Positions 1 to 15,000 of a stretch of DNA of 64,000 bases are shown here, piece after piece. The stretch lies in the NCBI GenBank assembly GCA_965644315.1, contig CBFFRQ010000018.1, positions 1,284,044 through 1,348,043 of the forward strand, in the 5' to 3' direction. This stretch comes from Caecitellus pseudoparvulus. Taxonomy: Eukaryota > Protista > Bigyra: Bicosoecida. The position numbers were made by a program, and so were the translations under genes. Under the pieces are notes generated by a model. The model did not search any database, was not told where the DNA came from, and saw only the letters and a list, made by a program, of their open reading frames with translations. Numbering within the stretch: the first letter of the stretch is position 1; every line of letters starts with the position of its first letter.

Positions 1-3000
1 CAAAGCAGTGCAGCGCCACGTCGGGTCCACTTTTGGGGCGTGTCGTCCTCGCTGATGGGCAAGCTGATGTCGAGGACGAAGTTGGTGCTATGCCCGGTTG
101 TGCTCAGCACTCCATGCCGACTGGCAGTCTTGTACGTTGGGCACACGTACACATGTGTGGAGGGGGGGGCGTACCTTGGCACCCCTGAACCAGCCTTGCT
201 TTCTGCCTCCTTGCCCTCCTCCGCAGAGCCACCAGCCTCGAACACGGCCGGCCTCAGCCACAGCATGGGCAAAGGCGACAGCAATTCTTGGGGCCTCTGA
301 TCGACCAGGACACACTCGACAGGATCCCAAGCTGCCCCCTCCAAGAACAGCCCATGCACGAAAGCCCCGTCAGGCGGCGCAGATGTTCCACTGTGTGGGG
401 ATGTGCTAGTCTGCACCTCGAAGTCAAAGTAAACCGCATCGATGGGCACGGTGTACTTGCGGGCGAAATTCTGCAGCGTCCCAGTCAAGAACGACTGCGT
501 GAAGAAGAAGCCGGAAATCCAAAAGCTCGCTGGCGGCCCGTCCCGCACCCACTCGGCGAAGAATGCCACCCGTTGCAGCAAATCTTCAACCCACGAGCCA
601 AGCGGCTTCATGCTGGGATAAGCGACTCTGTGCCACGCTTCCGGCACACGCCCCGTTGAAAGGCTGTCCGCCAACTCTTCAAGGTCCCCTCCCATGAGGA
701 TGATTCCGCGCAGCGCATCTTGCAAGGAGAGCAAGGTGCTGCGCACTTCCCTAATCAAGCCATTGAAACGACCTAACTCCTGCAGCAAGACGGTGTTCAT
801 GCTTTGCTCGTGCTGTACAGGGTGATCCCGCTCCACTGCCTCAACATCAAACTCTGAGGGGAGGCGCTCCAAGATGCTGGCAGCTGTGGACACAAGCGGG
901 TCCTCCTGCTGAGCATGCTCAACGCCACTTGCGTGCTCATTCTTTCCTTCACTTGCTGAACTTGCCGGTGCAGGCTGAATGGACTTCTGCTGAGAGGCCT
1001 TCCGCGGCTGTAGCTGAAGTCCAGCCTGCAGAATGGACCTGCTCTCGTTGACAGCGTTGGTGATGGCCGCATTGGGATGCAAGCCAAACAGCTCTGGCTC
1101 ATCGTTGCGTGGAAGCGACTGAATGTACTCAATATACGTCTCCAGTGGCCCATCTGGAGGCGCGAAGTAGATACCAGAGTCGGAAAACTTGAATCCATCC
1201 TCCATGATGTCTGGGTTCAGCACAGAGCTCAGTGTCGCGTGCAGCAAACGCCGGTCCTTGTCGTCGGTAACCCTGCCGCCGTAGTTGCACTCTGCGATGA
1301 GGTAGTGCAGCGCTGCATAGGGAACAACCCACCGGCGAGAGGAAGACTCCGCACCGCCCATGACAGAGCTGCCCCCGTCGCCAGTAGCAACACTTCGAGC
1401 TCCATGGACAGGTGTGGCTGGGGAGGGCGTGCCAGGTTTCGCAGCGCTATCTGAGCTCACCAGAGCCCACATTGGCGTCATGTCGTCCAAGAACATTTTT
1501 AGCTGGGATGCAGAGATGGCCAGGTCTGACGCCGCAAATTCGTACGGGATGTTCCATCCCAGCGGCCCAAATGCCCTGCGCTCCAAGACACAAGCATGGA
1601 AGAAACACAGTCCAAACAGAAGCTTGCGGAAGGGGGGCCCTTGAGAGCAGCTGTTCAGGTACTCATCAGTGAGAGTGGTGAAGGAGCCCAGGAGATTGTT
1701 GCGCACACCCTTCGGTGGTTCCAGGATCATCTTCACGCCGCGCTGAAGGACTGGAACGGGGAACTCTGGCGCGGGCTTGGACGTCAGCCACAAGCGGAAG
1801 GTGGGTTCCATGGTTTCGGCATCAAAGCTCTCTACCAGCCTCTCGAGCGAGGGCATCCAGCTCTTGGCCAGGTGACAGTTCTGCAAACAGACCCACTTAC
1901 CTGTGGAATCCTTCGCGGTGCGGATGGCTTCCTCTGCGATGGCACCCTGCCCCTGCCCCAAGGAGATGATCTCCAACTGTTTCGCCATGCCCTGCGTCTC
2001 GGCAAACTTCAGAAGCTCGGTCATCGGGTCCGCTCCGGGGGAAAGAACGAATACCAGGGGAACGTCAGGTGCACTGTCCTTGTAAGACGCCGCAAGGTCG
2101 AGCGGGGACATGTCCACGAACTCCTTCCCGAGAGTTTCAGCGATGAGGTCTTGCAGGGCAGGCACCAGCTTGTCTGGGCGGAGGCACCTGATGAGAATGG
2201 CATGCTCCAGCATCGTCAGCTCAGACCACTTGCGGTGTCCCTTCTTGGTCACCGAGTAGGAGTACGCCCCATCTCCATTCACGCCAGTCCCAATCAACGC
2301 CTCAGCTAAAGATTGAGCAGCTGGGGGGACAGCAGCACGCCTGGCATGTGAAACACCACCATACCGTACGTTTGCAGCAGAGGTGGGCACCCCTCGATGC
2401 CCCCGCTTGCCCCCACCAGCCCCTTGCCTCGTCAAGGCTTGCACGTAAGCAGAGGCGGGGCCGACAATGTGGCGGTGGCCGCCAAGGCTGATGCCGTCCA
2501 GCTCACGAGGAAACCACCTCGCGCTGTCCACTGGGTCGTTTGTCCCGCCGCCAGCCCCTGCTGGGCCACTCAGCATGGAGGAGGCAAACGAATCCACGCG
2601 AGGCAGCGCGGCGCCCCCCCCTGCAACTGACTTGGCAGGCCCCCCGTGCATGCCGGAGGCAAGCGTTGAAGCCCCAATGCTGGCAGCGGAGGTCATGCCA
2701 CGGCCTGCACCCCCTTTCATGCTGCCCAGCGTGCTGCCCAAGCCTGACCGCGCGGTCGAGCCCATGCCAGATGCCGTGCCATCATCGTCCATCGCGGATG
2801 CTGGTAGGAGCACATTCATAAGGGCATCAGAGGGCTTGTCGCTGCTGGCAACATCTCTCCAAATGGCCATGCGAGTCTTAAAATCCTCCACCAACCCTTC
2901 GAAGCCAGGCAGGCTTGCTGCGTCCAGAAAGTTACGCCAGGCTTCATCTGACAACCACACCTGCTCTTCAGCCTCTTCGTCCTCCATCTCGCTTACAACT

Positions 3001-6000
3001 TGAACGTCTAGGGTGACGTCTGACCCAGCCAGCAAGTCTCGCACCCCAGGCTCGCTGGTGAAGCCGCCTTCGCCAGAAGCACCGCGCGGGGATGTGCTGG
3101 GCAGCTTGCGCTGGGCGGTTGCGGCCGCGGCAGCTTGGGCGACAGGGTTCCCTTCGCTCAGGGAAATGGAGGTGGCACCTGACAGCAAGAAGCGGATGTG
3201 CTCGGGGGGCGTGTTCGTCTCTGTCTCCAAAATGCGCAAGGTCATGAGCAACGATAGGAGCAACTTGTGCTTCTCAAACAGAGAGCGGCACACGTTGCGG
3301 TACAGGAGCAGAGTAAAGGTGTTCACAATGCCGGCGAGGCGCAGGGGCAGCTTGCGCTTGCTCACTGTCGTGCGCTCAAGGGCCACTTGAAACAAGCGGG
3401 TGAACCACTGCAGTGAGAACTGGTACATGGGGTCAAGCTTGGACAGGGACACGATAGTGAAGTACAGGGTCGCTGCTCGCCGAGCGACGGGCACGTACTC
3501 CATACGCAGGGCACGGACGCGCTTGTCTGAGCGCCTTCCTTGCTCCAGCTCCTCCTCCGCCTGCAAGCTGATGGCTTGGCTTGCTTGCAGCGTGGCAATG
3601 AGCTCCTCGTTGTCCAGCAGGTTGTCTCCTGCGCTGGACAACTCGGAAAGCACTCGCTCCTCGGTCTCTGAGACCTTTGCAGTTGCTTGAGCGATCTGTT
3701 TGATGCTCGCTCGGCGCTGATTCTCGATCTCCTTCGCTTCGTGCTGCACCACTGTGCCGAGGAGCTGGTCAGTAAGCCCTGCTGGGGTGGCTGAGAAGTT
3801 CAGCAAGTTCACTTTCACCCGAGCCTCCGGCGCAAAGTGTGGGTTTGGAAGCTTAGTCGTCATGAAGAGCCGGAAAGACTCGTTGTACTCGACAGTGTTA
3901 TCCCCCAGCCGGATGACTTTCACACCGCCGGCCATGTGCTCCCGCCGCTCGAGCAGCGGCTTCAGCACCCCCACGAGTGTCTCGCCGACTCCCTCCACCA
4001 GCACATGGTGGCCATACGACACGGCAGCTTCCATGGTGCGGCTCAAATTGGACGTGCTTGGCTTCACAACAATGAGCGAGCCAGGCAGGACAATGTCGCG
4101 ATTGCCACGAGCTCGCAGTCTGCCGATGACCCCCGACGCCCCCGCGGAACCAGCGGGGGTCCGGCCGGAGCCAGATGTCTTCGACTCCTCCACTGCCTCT
4201 GCTTCTGCCTTGGCGGCCTCCATGGCGGCCAACTCCCGGCTCCGAATCCAGGCATTGGCTTGCTCCTGAGGGTCGATCAGCAGGGGCCACAAGCTGGAGG
4301 CATCCATCATGAGGGCATTGTCGATGGACGCCGGGTCATCTGGCAGCCCCTGAGCCTTCCACTTTTGGATCACTGCATCATTGCCCAGCACACTCACCAG
4401 AGAAAACGCCGGCTGGCCGCCTTCATCCGCGGCTCCTGCTGCCGTGCACGTCAGAGGGACAGCGTGCTGCACACAGGCGGCTAGCCACTGCTGAGTGGCC
4501 TGGGACCTGTACTCCGCACTGAACGGCCCCAAGTACGCAACGACTGCCGCTGCAAGAAGGGCATCTCCGGTGAGGTGCTGGTACCTTGCCTGCTCCTCTA
4601 CAGTCCGGCGCCGCCAGCGGTCGCGCTGCCCGCCTAAGGAAGCGATGAGGATCTTCGCATTCGCTTGCTGTGTCAAACACTGCTGCATGCCAGCTTCCAG
4701 ACGCGCTTTCTCGTCGTTGGCATCACGAAGCTGTGCGAGCAGTGTGGCGAGCTTTGCCTCAAGTTCCTGCAGCATGGCTTGCTTCTCTGCCAAGGCCGCC
4801 TTTTTGACACGCAGGGCAGCCTGCGCATCTTCCACTGCACGCTCCTTGGGGGCGACCACCTTCACAGTGTCGTGGTATCCAACCACCGCATGCAGCCAGC
4901 GGCAAAGGCCTGCAGCCGCGACCGACGACGACCGGACGATCTCAGGCGTGAAGTTAGGGTCTGCCAGCAACGGCCGCAAAGGCTCGACAATGCGGTCTGT
5001 CAAGCTCTTCATCTTGAAAGTGAGCAGCGTCTTCACAAAATTTGACTTGGACAGCAGGTTCTTCTTGGCCGCAACCCAGTAGGAAGGCTTACCGTCTGTT
5101 CCCTTAATGGGTGCTTGCTTCTTGATAATGCACACGCCCTTCATCACATTTTTCACTGCCTCTGGTGGGTGCTTCAGCGACTTGACCTCCACAATGTCTT
5201 GCTTGTTCAGCCCCTTCAGGGCCTGGGTGGCCTCTTCCAGCAGGGGCTTTGCGTGGTCAAGCTCTGCTTGGCACTCTGCCATCATGGCCTCGGCTGCATC
5301 CGCCTCTGCCGTGAGTCGCTGTTCTTCGGCCACCACAACAGCGCGCTCTCGATCCACTTCAGCCTGCTGTACCTCGATGGCGGCCATGGCTCGGTCAGTG
5401 CGGGCTCGGCTTGCCTCAAGCTCTGGCTGCAATTCCTCGACCTTTCGCTGCAACGTAGTTGCGACTGCCTCCGCATTGTCCACTGCTGCCACACCTTTGG
5501 CGTACTTGTCTTGGTCCTTGCTCACCGCTGCACGGCGAGATCGCAGCAGGCCTTGGTACAGTTTGAGGAACTGAAGGAACATGGTTGGGGTCACGTAGTT
5601 GTGCCTTCCCGTCTCTGCTCTCATGGACGAAGTGAGGGCGGACGAGACTGAGTGCGCGCTGACGGCAACTGGGACAACCTTGCCCATGTCCTCTGGCGCG
5701 ACGACGCCGCCGTCCACAAGCACCTTGTTGGCCACTGACGTGAGAGCTTGGTTTGGCCAAGGGAAGAACCAATCGATGTACGTGCAGTTAACCAGCGAGG
5801 GGAAGTTGCGCAGGCGATCCCGGAAGGCCTTGCCCACAGGGGAGAAGGCAAGTACGACATGCAAGTTTCGCCGGCAAGCCTTCACAAAGTAGGAAAACAC
5901 ATCAGCTCGTGTCAACACCACGTCAGCTGTGGAGGGGGCTTCGACGTCGCCCTCGGCTTCGGCCTGAGCTCGCTCAGCGATTGCAGCCTTGGTGGCAGCA

Positions 6001-9000
6001 TCCTGGCAGTCGGTAATGACTGTTGTTTTGTCTTCCTCGTTGAAGAGTCCAGGCACCTCCCCTGCGTTCATGATGTTGTTCACGTCTTCCATCATGGCGT
6101 CACTGGAGATATCTGCGTCGCTCAGCAGCAGCACCTGGGGCTTGTTCTGCACACCAGCCAACGTCATGACTTCCCGCAGGTCATCCCGCCACTCAGTGAA
6201 GCCATAGGTGCTGGCGCTGGACAAACTGAACACAGACTGCCCTTGCGTAAAGGCGGCGAGGCGGGTCAAGCAGCGTCGCCCACTGCCGCCTACGCCTACC
6301 AGGAGCGCGTGGCCGGCAGTTTGGGCAAGGCGCCGCGCGATGCGGACAACGTGGTCCCGGGCCATGCCAAACAGGACGATATCCATGCTCTGCTTGACGG
6401 TGCCGTTGTACTGGTCCAGGCTCGAGCGAAGGGCGTGCAGCAGAGCCGCATCTGACTGTGCCTGGGCGTACTTCCCTGCCGAGTCGCCTTCAAAGAAGTT
6501 CCCGAACGCAAGGGAGTTCGAGGCAGACCCATCCTCGGCAAAGGGTGCGCCAACCGCCGCTGCTGTGGCGGCGTCGTGATCACGCCGCAAAGGTAGCAGC
6601 GCTGAGGGTGCTTCCTTGCTCTCGCCGTGCATGTCGGCCTTTCCGTCCCCGGCGTCTGGGGTGGCCCAGTCATCAGCGAACGCGAAGGGCTGTGTCCCCC
6701 GCTTGCACTTAAAGGACGTCGGCATGCTCTCCAGCTTCTTTGCGATGGAGTCCATGCGGCTCTTGTCCGAAGCAGAGAGCTGCGCTTCGATATCCGCATC
6801 GGTCACTACGATAGGGGCGCTGACTTCTGTGGGCTCGGCCGCCTCACCACCTTCATCAATGCGCACGTGCTTCTCTGCAGTAAGCGCCTTCTCGGCTTGA
6901 GCACGCTCGGTCGCTTTGGCCCACGAGCGCTCCTTCAACTCGTCCAGCTCCCGTTCAAGAGACGCGCGCTCGGCTGCCGCAGCCGCGGCGGCCTCCTCTG
7001 CCTTGCGCTCCTTCGCTCGAGTATCAGAGGAACTGTCATAGAAACCCTGGAGCGCTCGAGTCCAAGACACTCCAGTAAACGCCTTGATTTCGTCCACGAC
7101 GAGGTCGTGGAACCACTGCACATCGTGCATGTCCACCAAGCGGTCACTGAACACCCTGAACAACTCGTGGCCAACCAAGCGAATGAGGTGTTCCGGCTCG
7201 CGCATATCACGCGGGGTCGCTGCCACGGTGCCTTCGAAGACTGCAGACAAGTCCCGAAGGTTGAACGTGTAGTGGGACTTTGCAGGCGTTGGGCGCAGGT
7301 GCTTCTGCAGTGTGGCGTAGATCTGCACGGCGGCAGAGACAAGCTTCGGGGCCACTTGCATCACGGCAGGGGCAGCCCCTCGAGGGGAGGTCGCACCCGT
7401 ACCAGCGCCGGCAGCGGCTGTGGGGCTTGACGCCAGTGCAACCCCAGCGAGGCTATCTGCCACTGATGCACCGGTCAGGAACCAGCGGGAAATGGAGCCA
7501 AAAATGCGGCGCAAGGAAGTCTCATCAAAGGGAACACATGAAATCATGTTGAAGTGCCGCAGGTATCGCTGGGTAACCTCGCTGCGACTTCCACTCGACA
7601 AGCCCATGCCTGCCACGAACTGCGTGTCCACCACCCGCCTGAACGGCTTGCCACGGGAGCGGAAACCGTACCACCCGCCGTGGTCCATCCACTGTCGCAG
7701 TAACTCAATAGGAGGCTGTGCACCGTATTCTTCTTTCTCTGGCATGTTCAGATCATCCACAAACACCACAGCCGTTCGGCCCAGGCTGAGGCCATACACG
7801 CCTGCTCTGCGCTTGGACATGGCGCCATCAATGATGTCTTGCGTGGCAGCAGCCGTCGTTCGCGCAGAGAAGCGCAGCGGCACTGCCTGGTACCGCTCCT
7901 TCGCCAGTTTGCCCAGCATGTGCTGGATGCTGACGCTCTTTCCTGTGCCAGTTGGGCCGACGGCCAGCACATGCACTCCGTGCCTCACGAGAGCCTGCAT
8001 GATCGTGCTTTGCCTGACTGTGTCCACGGTCGGCACAACGATGTCGCTGTAAGGAATGCCCGGGCGAATTGAGAACAAGGGCACACGGGCACCGCCGCTG
8101 CGGGGGGAAGAGGCGCCGCTGCTGCCCCCAGCCGGCATCCAAGGCTGCCACTTGATGGGGCCTGTGGACACGGAGCCTCCAGGGCCCTGTCCCGGCGGGG
8201 CGGCGGTCAGGGCAGCATCCGCGCCAGCAGCTGAAGTTGCTGCCAGCTGCAAGGAACTCGGCGCGCCCGCGCTGGGGGCCTCCTTGGAGCTGCCTTCGGA
8301 CGGCCTAGCGCCCATATCCAGCACGAAGTCAAAGACGCTCGCATCATCGACATCGGGGAAGCGCAGCTTCGACGTGCGGACTCCAACCTGAGGGCTGATC
8401 AAATCAAAAGCGTCACCAGCTGAAAGCAATTCGTACCTGGTAAAGGCAGCCTCAGGTACTTCTACACTGGCTGGGAGGACGAGGGCACCTTGCTTGACAC
8501 CAGCAGCATCCAACGCAGCGCCCAGCGCTGCAAAGGAGGCATCCATGCGCTGCTGCAAATCATGCAGCGTGTGTGAGCGGGGAGGGGGCTTGACATACGA
8601 AACTTCGTCGGGAACACTGTCCCCGGCCAGCAGCGCCCGCAGCAGTGTGTCAAAGCCAGGGCGAGACTCAGCGCCAAGCGCACCACCCACTGACCACACC
8701 AGCGCGAATACCACCATCGCTTCGAGCTTCTCACGCACAGCCACATCTTCCTTGGCTTTTGCTGCAGCGGCGCGGCGTGCCGCGACATCTTGAGCAGCTG
8801 CGCTCTGGATGCTCTGGCTGTGGGTGTCAGGGCCCGAGGCCAAGGAGGCTGACACCGCGGCGCGCCCAGCGGCCGTTGCCGCCGCTTCGTTCAACGCAGC
8901 TGTCTCGAACATGTGCACCCATTCCTCCCGCATCAATGCGCCCAGCAGCCTCAAGAAGGCGCCAGTCAACCCAGGGACAGTGGACGTGACATAGTTTTGC

Positions 9001-12000
9001 TTCTCTGTGCCGCGCACATACGCTAGGCAATGCGGCAGAAGCCAGTCGGCAGCGTCCTGCAGGAAGTCCCCATGGTCCAAGCGCATGCTGCTAGGCAGCG
9101 CTGCGACCCATGATGCGACCAATGGACGCCAGCCCAACTGGTGAGGCTCCATGTACACCATTCCGCAGCGGGACACTGTGGCTGGGGACGCAGCCACGAG
9201 GTCTTGCACCTCGAACATCATCCGCATCTCATTCGTCAGGCGAATGACCTCACCGCTCTGCAAGCACAACTTCTTGTTGTCATCCAGCACCGTGTTCATG
9301 TTCTCGATCCACACTGCGTCCACTGGCCCGTCGCACATGACCCACTTTGCCTCCTGCCCCACGTCCCTGGCCGCCATGCGGACGGCCAGCGAGAGAACGC
9401 CATCTGTCCAGTCACCAGTGTTCACATCATCCTGGCCGTACAAATCCTCCACTGCAAGGGCCTTGGGGTTCAGCACCCGCATGCGCACGTGGCTGTACCT
9501 GCGGATTTCAGCTGGCGGCACCGCTAGCTTCATGGGCACTTCTGGCGCCCCCTCCACCTCGGGCATGCCGCGCAGCATGCCACTCCCAGACGAGCCCACG
9601 CTGCGAGAGCGCTCAGGGCTGAGATCGACGCTGTGGTCGCGAGAAGCGTCGTCAGCAGCGAGGGCTTCAGTCTCCGCGGCGCGCTGGGCATCAGCCAATA
9701 AGTTCAACGCCCGAGCAAGGGTGCGCACGACTGTCGTTTTTCCCGCGCCGGTGTGGCCCACTAGCATCATCCCGTGCCGGACCGAAGTCGTGTCGTACAG
9801 CTGGCTGGCTTTCTGCAGCAGGACCGGGACAGCCTGCAGGCGGTGCTTGGCGACTGCCTGCAGCAACGCTCCCTGCAAGCCGTGGTCCTCTTGCGCCGGC
9901 AGCGTCGCTCGGGGGAAGAGGTCACCCACGATGCCATTGAACAGCGGCAGGTCTTGCTCCAGGAACTTGGGAAGGTTGACGTCCAGAATGGCCTTCAGGA
10001 CGAGCTCCTCCTCAGCCCACGCCAGCTGGCGCTTGAGAGCAGCCGCCGCGACGAGAATGGCCTTCACTGCTCGCATGCCGTAGTCGTAATGCTTCTGCGA
10101 GGACAGCTGCTCGGAGGCGAGGCGGAGGACCTGCACAATCTTACGGGACATGTCGCGTGCTGACTCAAAGCCGTACGAATACAGCATGATTTCCGCGATC
10201 ATGGCGTAGTCTGGCACCATCATCGCACATGGACGGAAGAGTGCCTTCAAGTTGTCCGGCAGCTCAGAGCGACCAGCGTACCCAGGGTTCATGGTGATGA
10301 ACACGTTGCACGAGGGGCGCAGGTTCAAGCTGGTGCCTTCAAAGACGAAGCGCTTGGCACCCTCTCGCTTGCCCTTCTGGATGGTCAGGATCTGCTGGGC
10401 GATGACGGACAGCACTTCCAGCTCAATGCGGTTGAACTCGTCGAAACACGCCCAGGCACCACATGATGCCAGCCCCTTGAAGAGCTTGGCCATGCTGCTG
10501 GTGTTCATGCGCTCCGAACAGTTGTACACGACGCACTGCACTGCCAAGGCCTTGGCCAGGTCCTTTGTGGACTCTGTCTTGCCTGTGCCTGCAGGGCCTT
10601 CGGGAGCGCCACCGTACAGCAGGTGCACCGCCCCCATCAGTGTTCGATAACACCTGTCGGTCAAGGGGGTGATGACCAGTCTTGACGAATTTCCAAGGTA
10701 CTCCCAAGCATAGTACGCAGTCGCGTTGACGATGCGCACTGGCATGCTCGGCGGCTCCTCAAGCGAAAGAGTCGCGACGACTGGGGCGGACCCCAACGTG
10801 ACGCCGCCACTGCCGACAGCAGCACCTTTGCCTTGGCCGCCCTTTCGGCGTCGCTGGCTCGGTGAGGATGGGCCTGCAGCCATGGCGGCGGCGTTCCCGG
10901 CCCCCACCGTGGCGCCATCATCACCACGCCACTCAGGGTCCCCAGACCAGTAGTACCGGAGCTGCGAGAACCATTCAAAGTCGTTCACATCGTGGACCTT
11001 TTTCGACACCATCTCATCCACGACGTCCCTTGCATGCACGTTGGTCGTGGTGAGGCACGTTAGCGTCATGCGCTGCAGTGGCTTCAGGCCACTCTGCCGC
11101 ACGAGTGCAACAATGTTCAGGAGTTGCTCGTTAAGCTTGTCGCGGTACGCTGCCAGCGGAGCAACGTCCACCTCCACCTGCGACGCGGGGTCGCTGTTGT
11201 CCGCTGACCGCACACTGGCAGCGACGATGGGCTCCTCATCAGACCTGGCAGAGCCGATGGACCTCCCACTCGCAGAACGGCGAAGGGAAGCTGGCCTGGG
11301 CATTTGAGGGGGGCGGTCTCCTGCAACCCGTGCCTTGCTTGGCTTTCGAGGCAGCTTGGCTCCAGGCTGGCTCCCAGCACTTTGGCCTGCAGCGCCCTGT
11401 GCCGGGTGAGCCGGAGGCAGCATGCGCCCGGAGGAGTCGGTGCGCATCATGGAGCGGCTGGAGCGCCTGCGCACCATGCCCTTGACCGCGATGCCAGTGT
11501 CTTGTGCAGCACCCGCTGGCACAGGCCCGCTACCTCCACGGCCCGTCAAGCCACCTTCCTCAGACGCCCCGCCAGACAGCACGCTGTCGCCCCCAGAGCG
11601 CATGGCTTCCTCCATCTGCCGCCGGACCTCCCGGGCCCGGCGACGCTCAGCGGCCTTCTCTGCCACCCAAGCAGCGACGTTAGCTTCGTGGCGCTCCTTC
11701 ATGCGCCTCAGCGCGCCCTCGACATGGTGAGTCCAGAACACGGCATCGACCGCCAGCACAATTTGGCCTGGCCACTCCAAGAACAGCTGCTCCCGCTTCT
11801 CAGGCTCTGCCGCATACGCTCGAATGGACCGGCCCATGATGGCTTTCAGTGTGGAGCGCATGGCGTCCTCCAGGTCTGTCATCCACAGCTCTACGTTCCC
11901 CTTGCGGTTGCCCCTGTTGGGATCCACGGGGGCATCCAGGCGGACCACCTCCTTTTCCTTGCTGACCATGGCGACGATTTCACACTTGGGGAACTGTCGC

Positions 12001-15000
12001 TTTTGGGCAGGAGCTCCGTCTTCCCCACCCTCCCCGTCACCTTCGTCGTCCTCCTCGTCGTCTTCCGAGACGTAGCCATCTAGTTCTTTGAACTCAATGC
12101 GATCAATGCCTTCGAATGACTTGTTCAAGTGTGGCTGCACTCGACGGGGGTCCTTCGTCTCTGCAAGGATTTCCAGCAGCTCCTCATTGGAAAGGAAGTA
12201 GAAGCGAGGGAACTGGCCCCGCTTCATCTCCAAATACTTGTTCAGGCCTCGCTGCACTGTCTCAAGGCGCTGAGCTGCGTTTTGGAGCGTGCTGAGCAGC
12301 TTGGAGTCAGCCAAGTTCTCCACCAGCGACGGCTCCGCTGCGACGCCGCGCATGAGCTCACGCCACACCTTGTCCACCACCCTGAAAACTCGACCTTGTT
12401 CCGGCATCTGCCGCATGATGTCCTTGCTGCCAAAGATGGGCTCCAGGTACCGCCAAGAGCGCTGCACATTCATCCACACCTCCAGCAAGTTGGTGGCGTC
12501 CAGCAACATGCTCTCGAAGCGACGGGTGTCCTCCAGGATGTTGACGATGTATGGAGAAGTCAGGAGGTTCTGCGTCTTGACCAGCTGGTCGTCCAGCAGG
12601 GCTTGGATGACGTCCACACCCTTGATGATGGCGACGTCTGGGCTCTTGGGGTACGGCATGAGGGACAGGGACACCGCGCGAAGCTCGCCCACCATGCTTT
12701 GCAGCGACGCATTCAGTGCGTGCTGCTTGGAAGCGATCAGCGCGACCTCTTGCACGTCGTCCATGTGATTCTTAACGCCGTGGTTGATCAAGTCGTTCAG
12801 GCAGAAGTCCCGCTGCTCCTCCAGCGGGTCGAAGGGCTTACCGTTGAAGTCGTCCAGGCGGTCTGCCACGTCTTGCCAGTGCTCGGGCTGCATGACGTCC
12901 TTGGCGCCGAGGGCCTCCACGACGGGGAGGATCTCCCTGAAGCCAGTGAGCTTCTTGCGCAGCGAAGTGGCCACCTCCAAAGGCTTCTCGGCACCCAGCT
13001 CTGCAAAGGCCTTGATGAGTCCGTTCGCACCTGCGTGCCAAGCGGTGACCTTGCTCACCATCTCTTTCGTGTCAATTTCGCTGAAGGGGTTCTCAGTCCA
13101 CTTCACAGCCTTGTCGTCCAACTCGTTCACAACCGACCACAGACGGTAGAAGGGCTGGAAGTCATGCTTCACGCGCTCAAGGGTGGTGAAGTCTGACAGT
13201 GGTTGTTCAAAGATGCGCTCTCGCTCGTTGAAGTCTGTGGCTCGGGCTGTTGACTCGATCAGCTGATCCTGCAAGGACAGCGCCTCCTCGGCGACTTTGT
13301 CGAACGCCGCCTTGTCAGTGACTTCCAGCTCCTCCCCGCCTTTCTCGTAGAATTCCAACACGCGGCCAGGCAGCTGAGCCACCTGCTTCTCAAAGGCAGC
13401 TTTTTCAACCTCCAGCTCAGCCACAAGCTTGTCGCTCTCCAAGTCGAGGTGTGCCAAGGCAGCACCAGCCTGCTCCATGATGCGGCTGGGCCACGTTCGG
13501 AGGTACAGCAGCGCACGCACCACTTGCTTGGGGATGTCCCGTTCATCCCGGTCAAACTCGCCCAGTGAAGTCAAACGCCGCCACGTCTCGATGGACAGCG
13601 CCTCCAGACCTGACACGAGGCCGTCCAGCGCCTCCAGCACTGCCCGCATACGTTCCACACCCCGGGCATTGGATGGCTTCAGCTTCAGCCGAGCGAGTAG
13701 TTCGGCGTACTTCTCGTCCACCTCCACTGCTACGCGAGCGCAGTCACGCACAATGATCTTTGCCATGGCTGTCGTCAACTCCCTCGCCCTCTTCGTGAGC
13801 ACAGCCTTTACGTGCGAGGTGTCGACGGCGAACAGTCCGAACGAAACGTGGTCGTCAGAGAGTCGCGCGATTTCTTGGCTTGCCCGCCAGAACCGGCGGA
13901 TTTCGCGGCGCTCGTCCTTTGCGCGCTTCTTCTTTGGCCGGCCTGCTTCATCGTACGTCAAGTGAGCTGCCCACTTGGGGACGTACGGCAGCTGCCACTG
14001 CCGCAGTGGAACCTCATCGCCTTCACTGGCAGCCTCCATCTCGCCGAAGCCCATGCCGTCACCGTGCATGCCGAAGTCGTCGTCGGAGGCGCTTGCTGCA
14101 AGAGCGTGCTGTCGGGCGGCCACCGCAGCTGCCTCTGCGGCCCGCTTAGCCCGACGCTCAGACATGGCAGCTGCCCGTTGCTCCTCCTGGGCACTATCTG
14201 CGGGGTACAGCTCGTCGCCTGGTCCCGAGCCCGGTGTGACGGCTAGGACAGCAGGGGGCAGCGTGGCTTCCGTTTCATCACCCTCATCCACAGGCAGAGT
14301 CGCTGCGAGATGAGGCGACGTCGCACCGGACAGCATGGCCGCACGGGCGGCCTGGGCAACGTGGGCAGCGGCAAACAGGGCCTCCATGTCTTGCTCTTCG
14401 TCTGACGTCTCTTCCTCTGTCTCCCACTCGTCCTCGCCGCGGACGACAGCTGAGCGCAAGGGGCCGATGTGCACCGCGGAAGGGTCTGCTTCAGCCTGGC
14501 GTCGCCGGAGACCAGAGAGGGCAGACGGGAAGGCTGAGGCTTCACGAGATCCCAGTCCGTCGTCGTCTCCTTCCTCAGCGGGGGCACCGAGGTCCCACTC
14601 CGTGAGCACAGGGGGGCGGCGCCGTACAGACAAGCCACGGGTCAAGTCAGCGCCACGGAGGCTGAGAAGCCACGCAAAGCGGCCGTAGACATTGGCCAAA
14701 GCGTTGGGACGAACCATTTCCGCAGCCACCATCTGGCTGATGGCTGCACGTGCGGCCTCCATACGGGTTTCCACGGGCACGGCGCTGGGCGGTACGGTGG
14801 ACAGGTGCTGCCTGCTTGTGGCGAGCTTGTCGGTGAGGTATTCATGCGCTGCCCGCAGCTCCACAGCAGCAGGGTGCCACTGCTGCATATCTTCAATGGC
14901 CGATGACAGGGGGCCTGCCGACGGCCGAGGCCGTCCTTGCAGCAGCTTGCGCACGTTGCGATCGCGGTGCAGGTTTGGCATGGACGAGACCCCCGATGCC

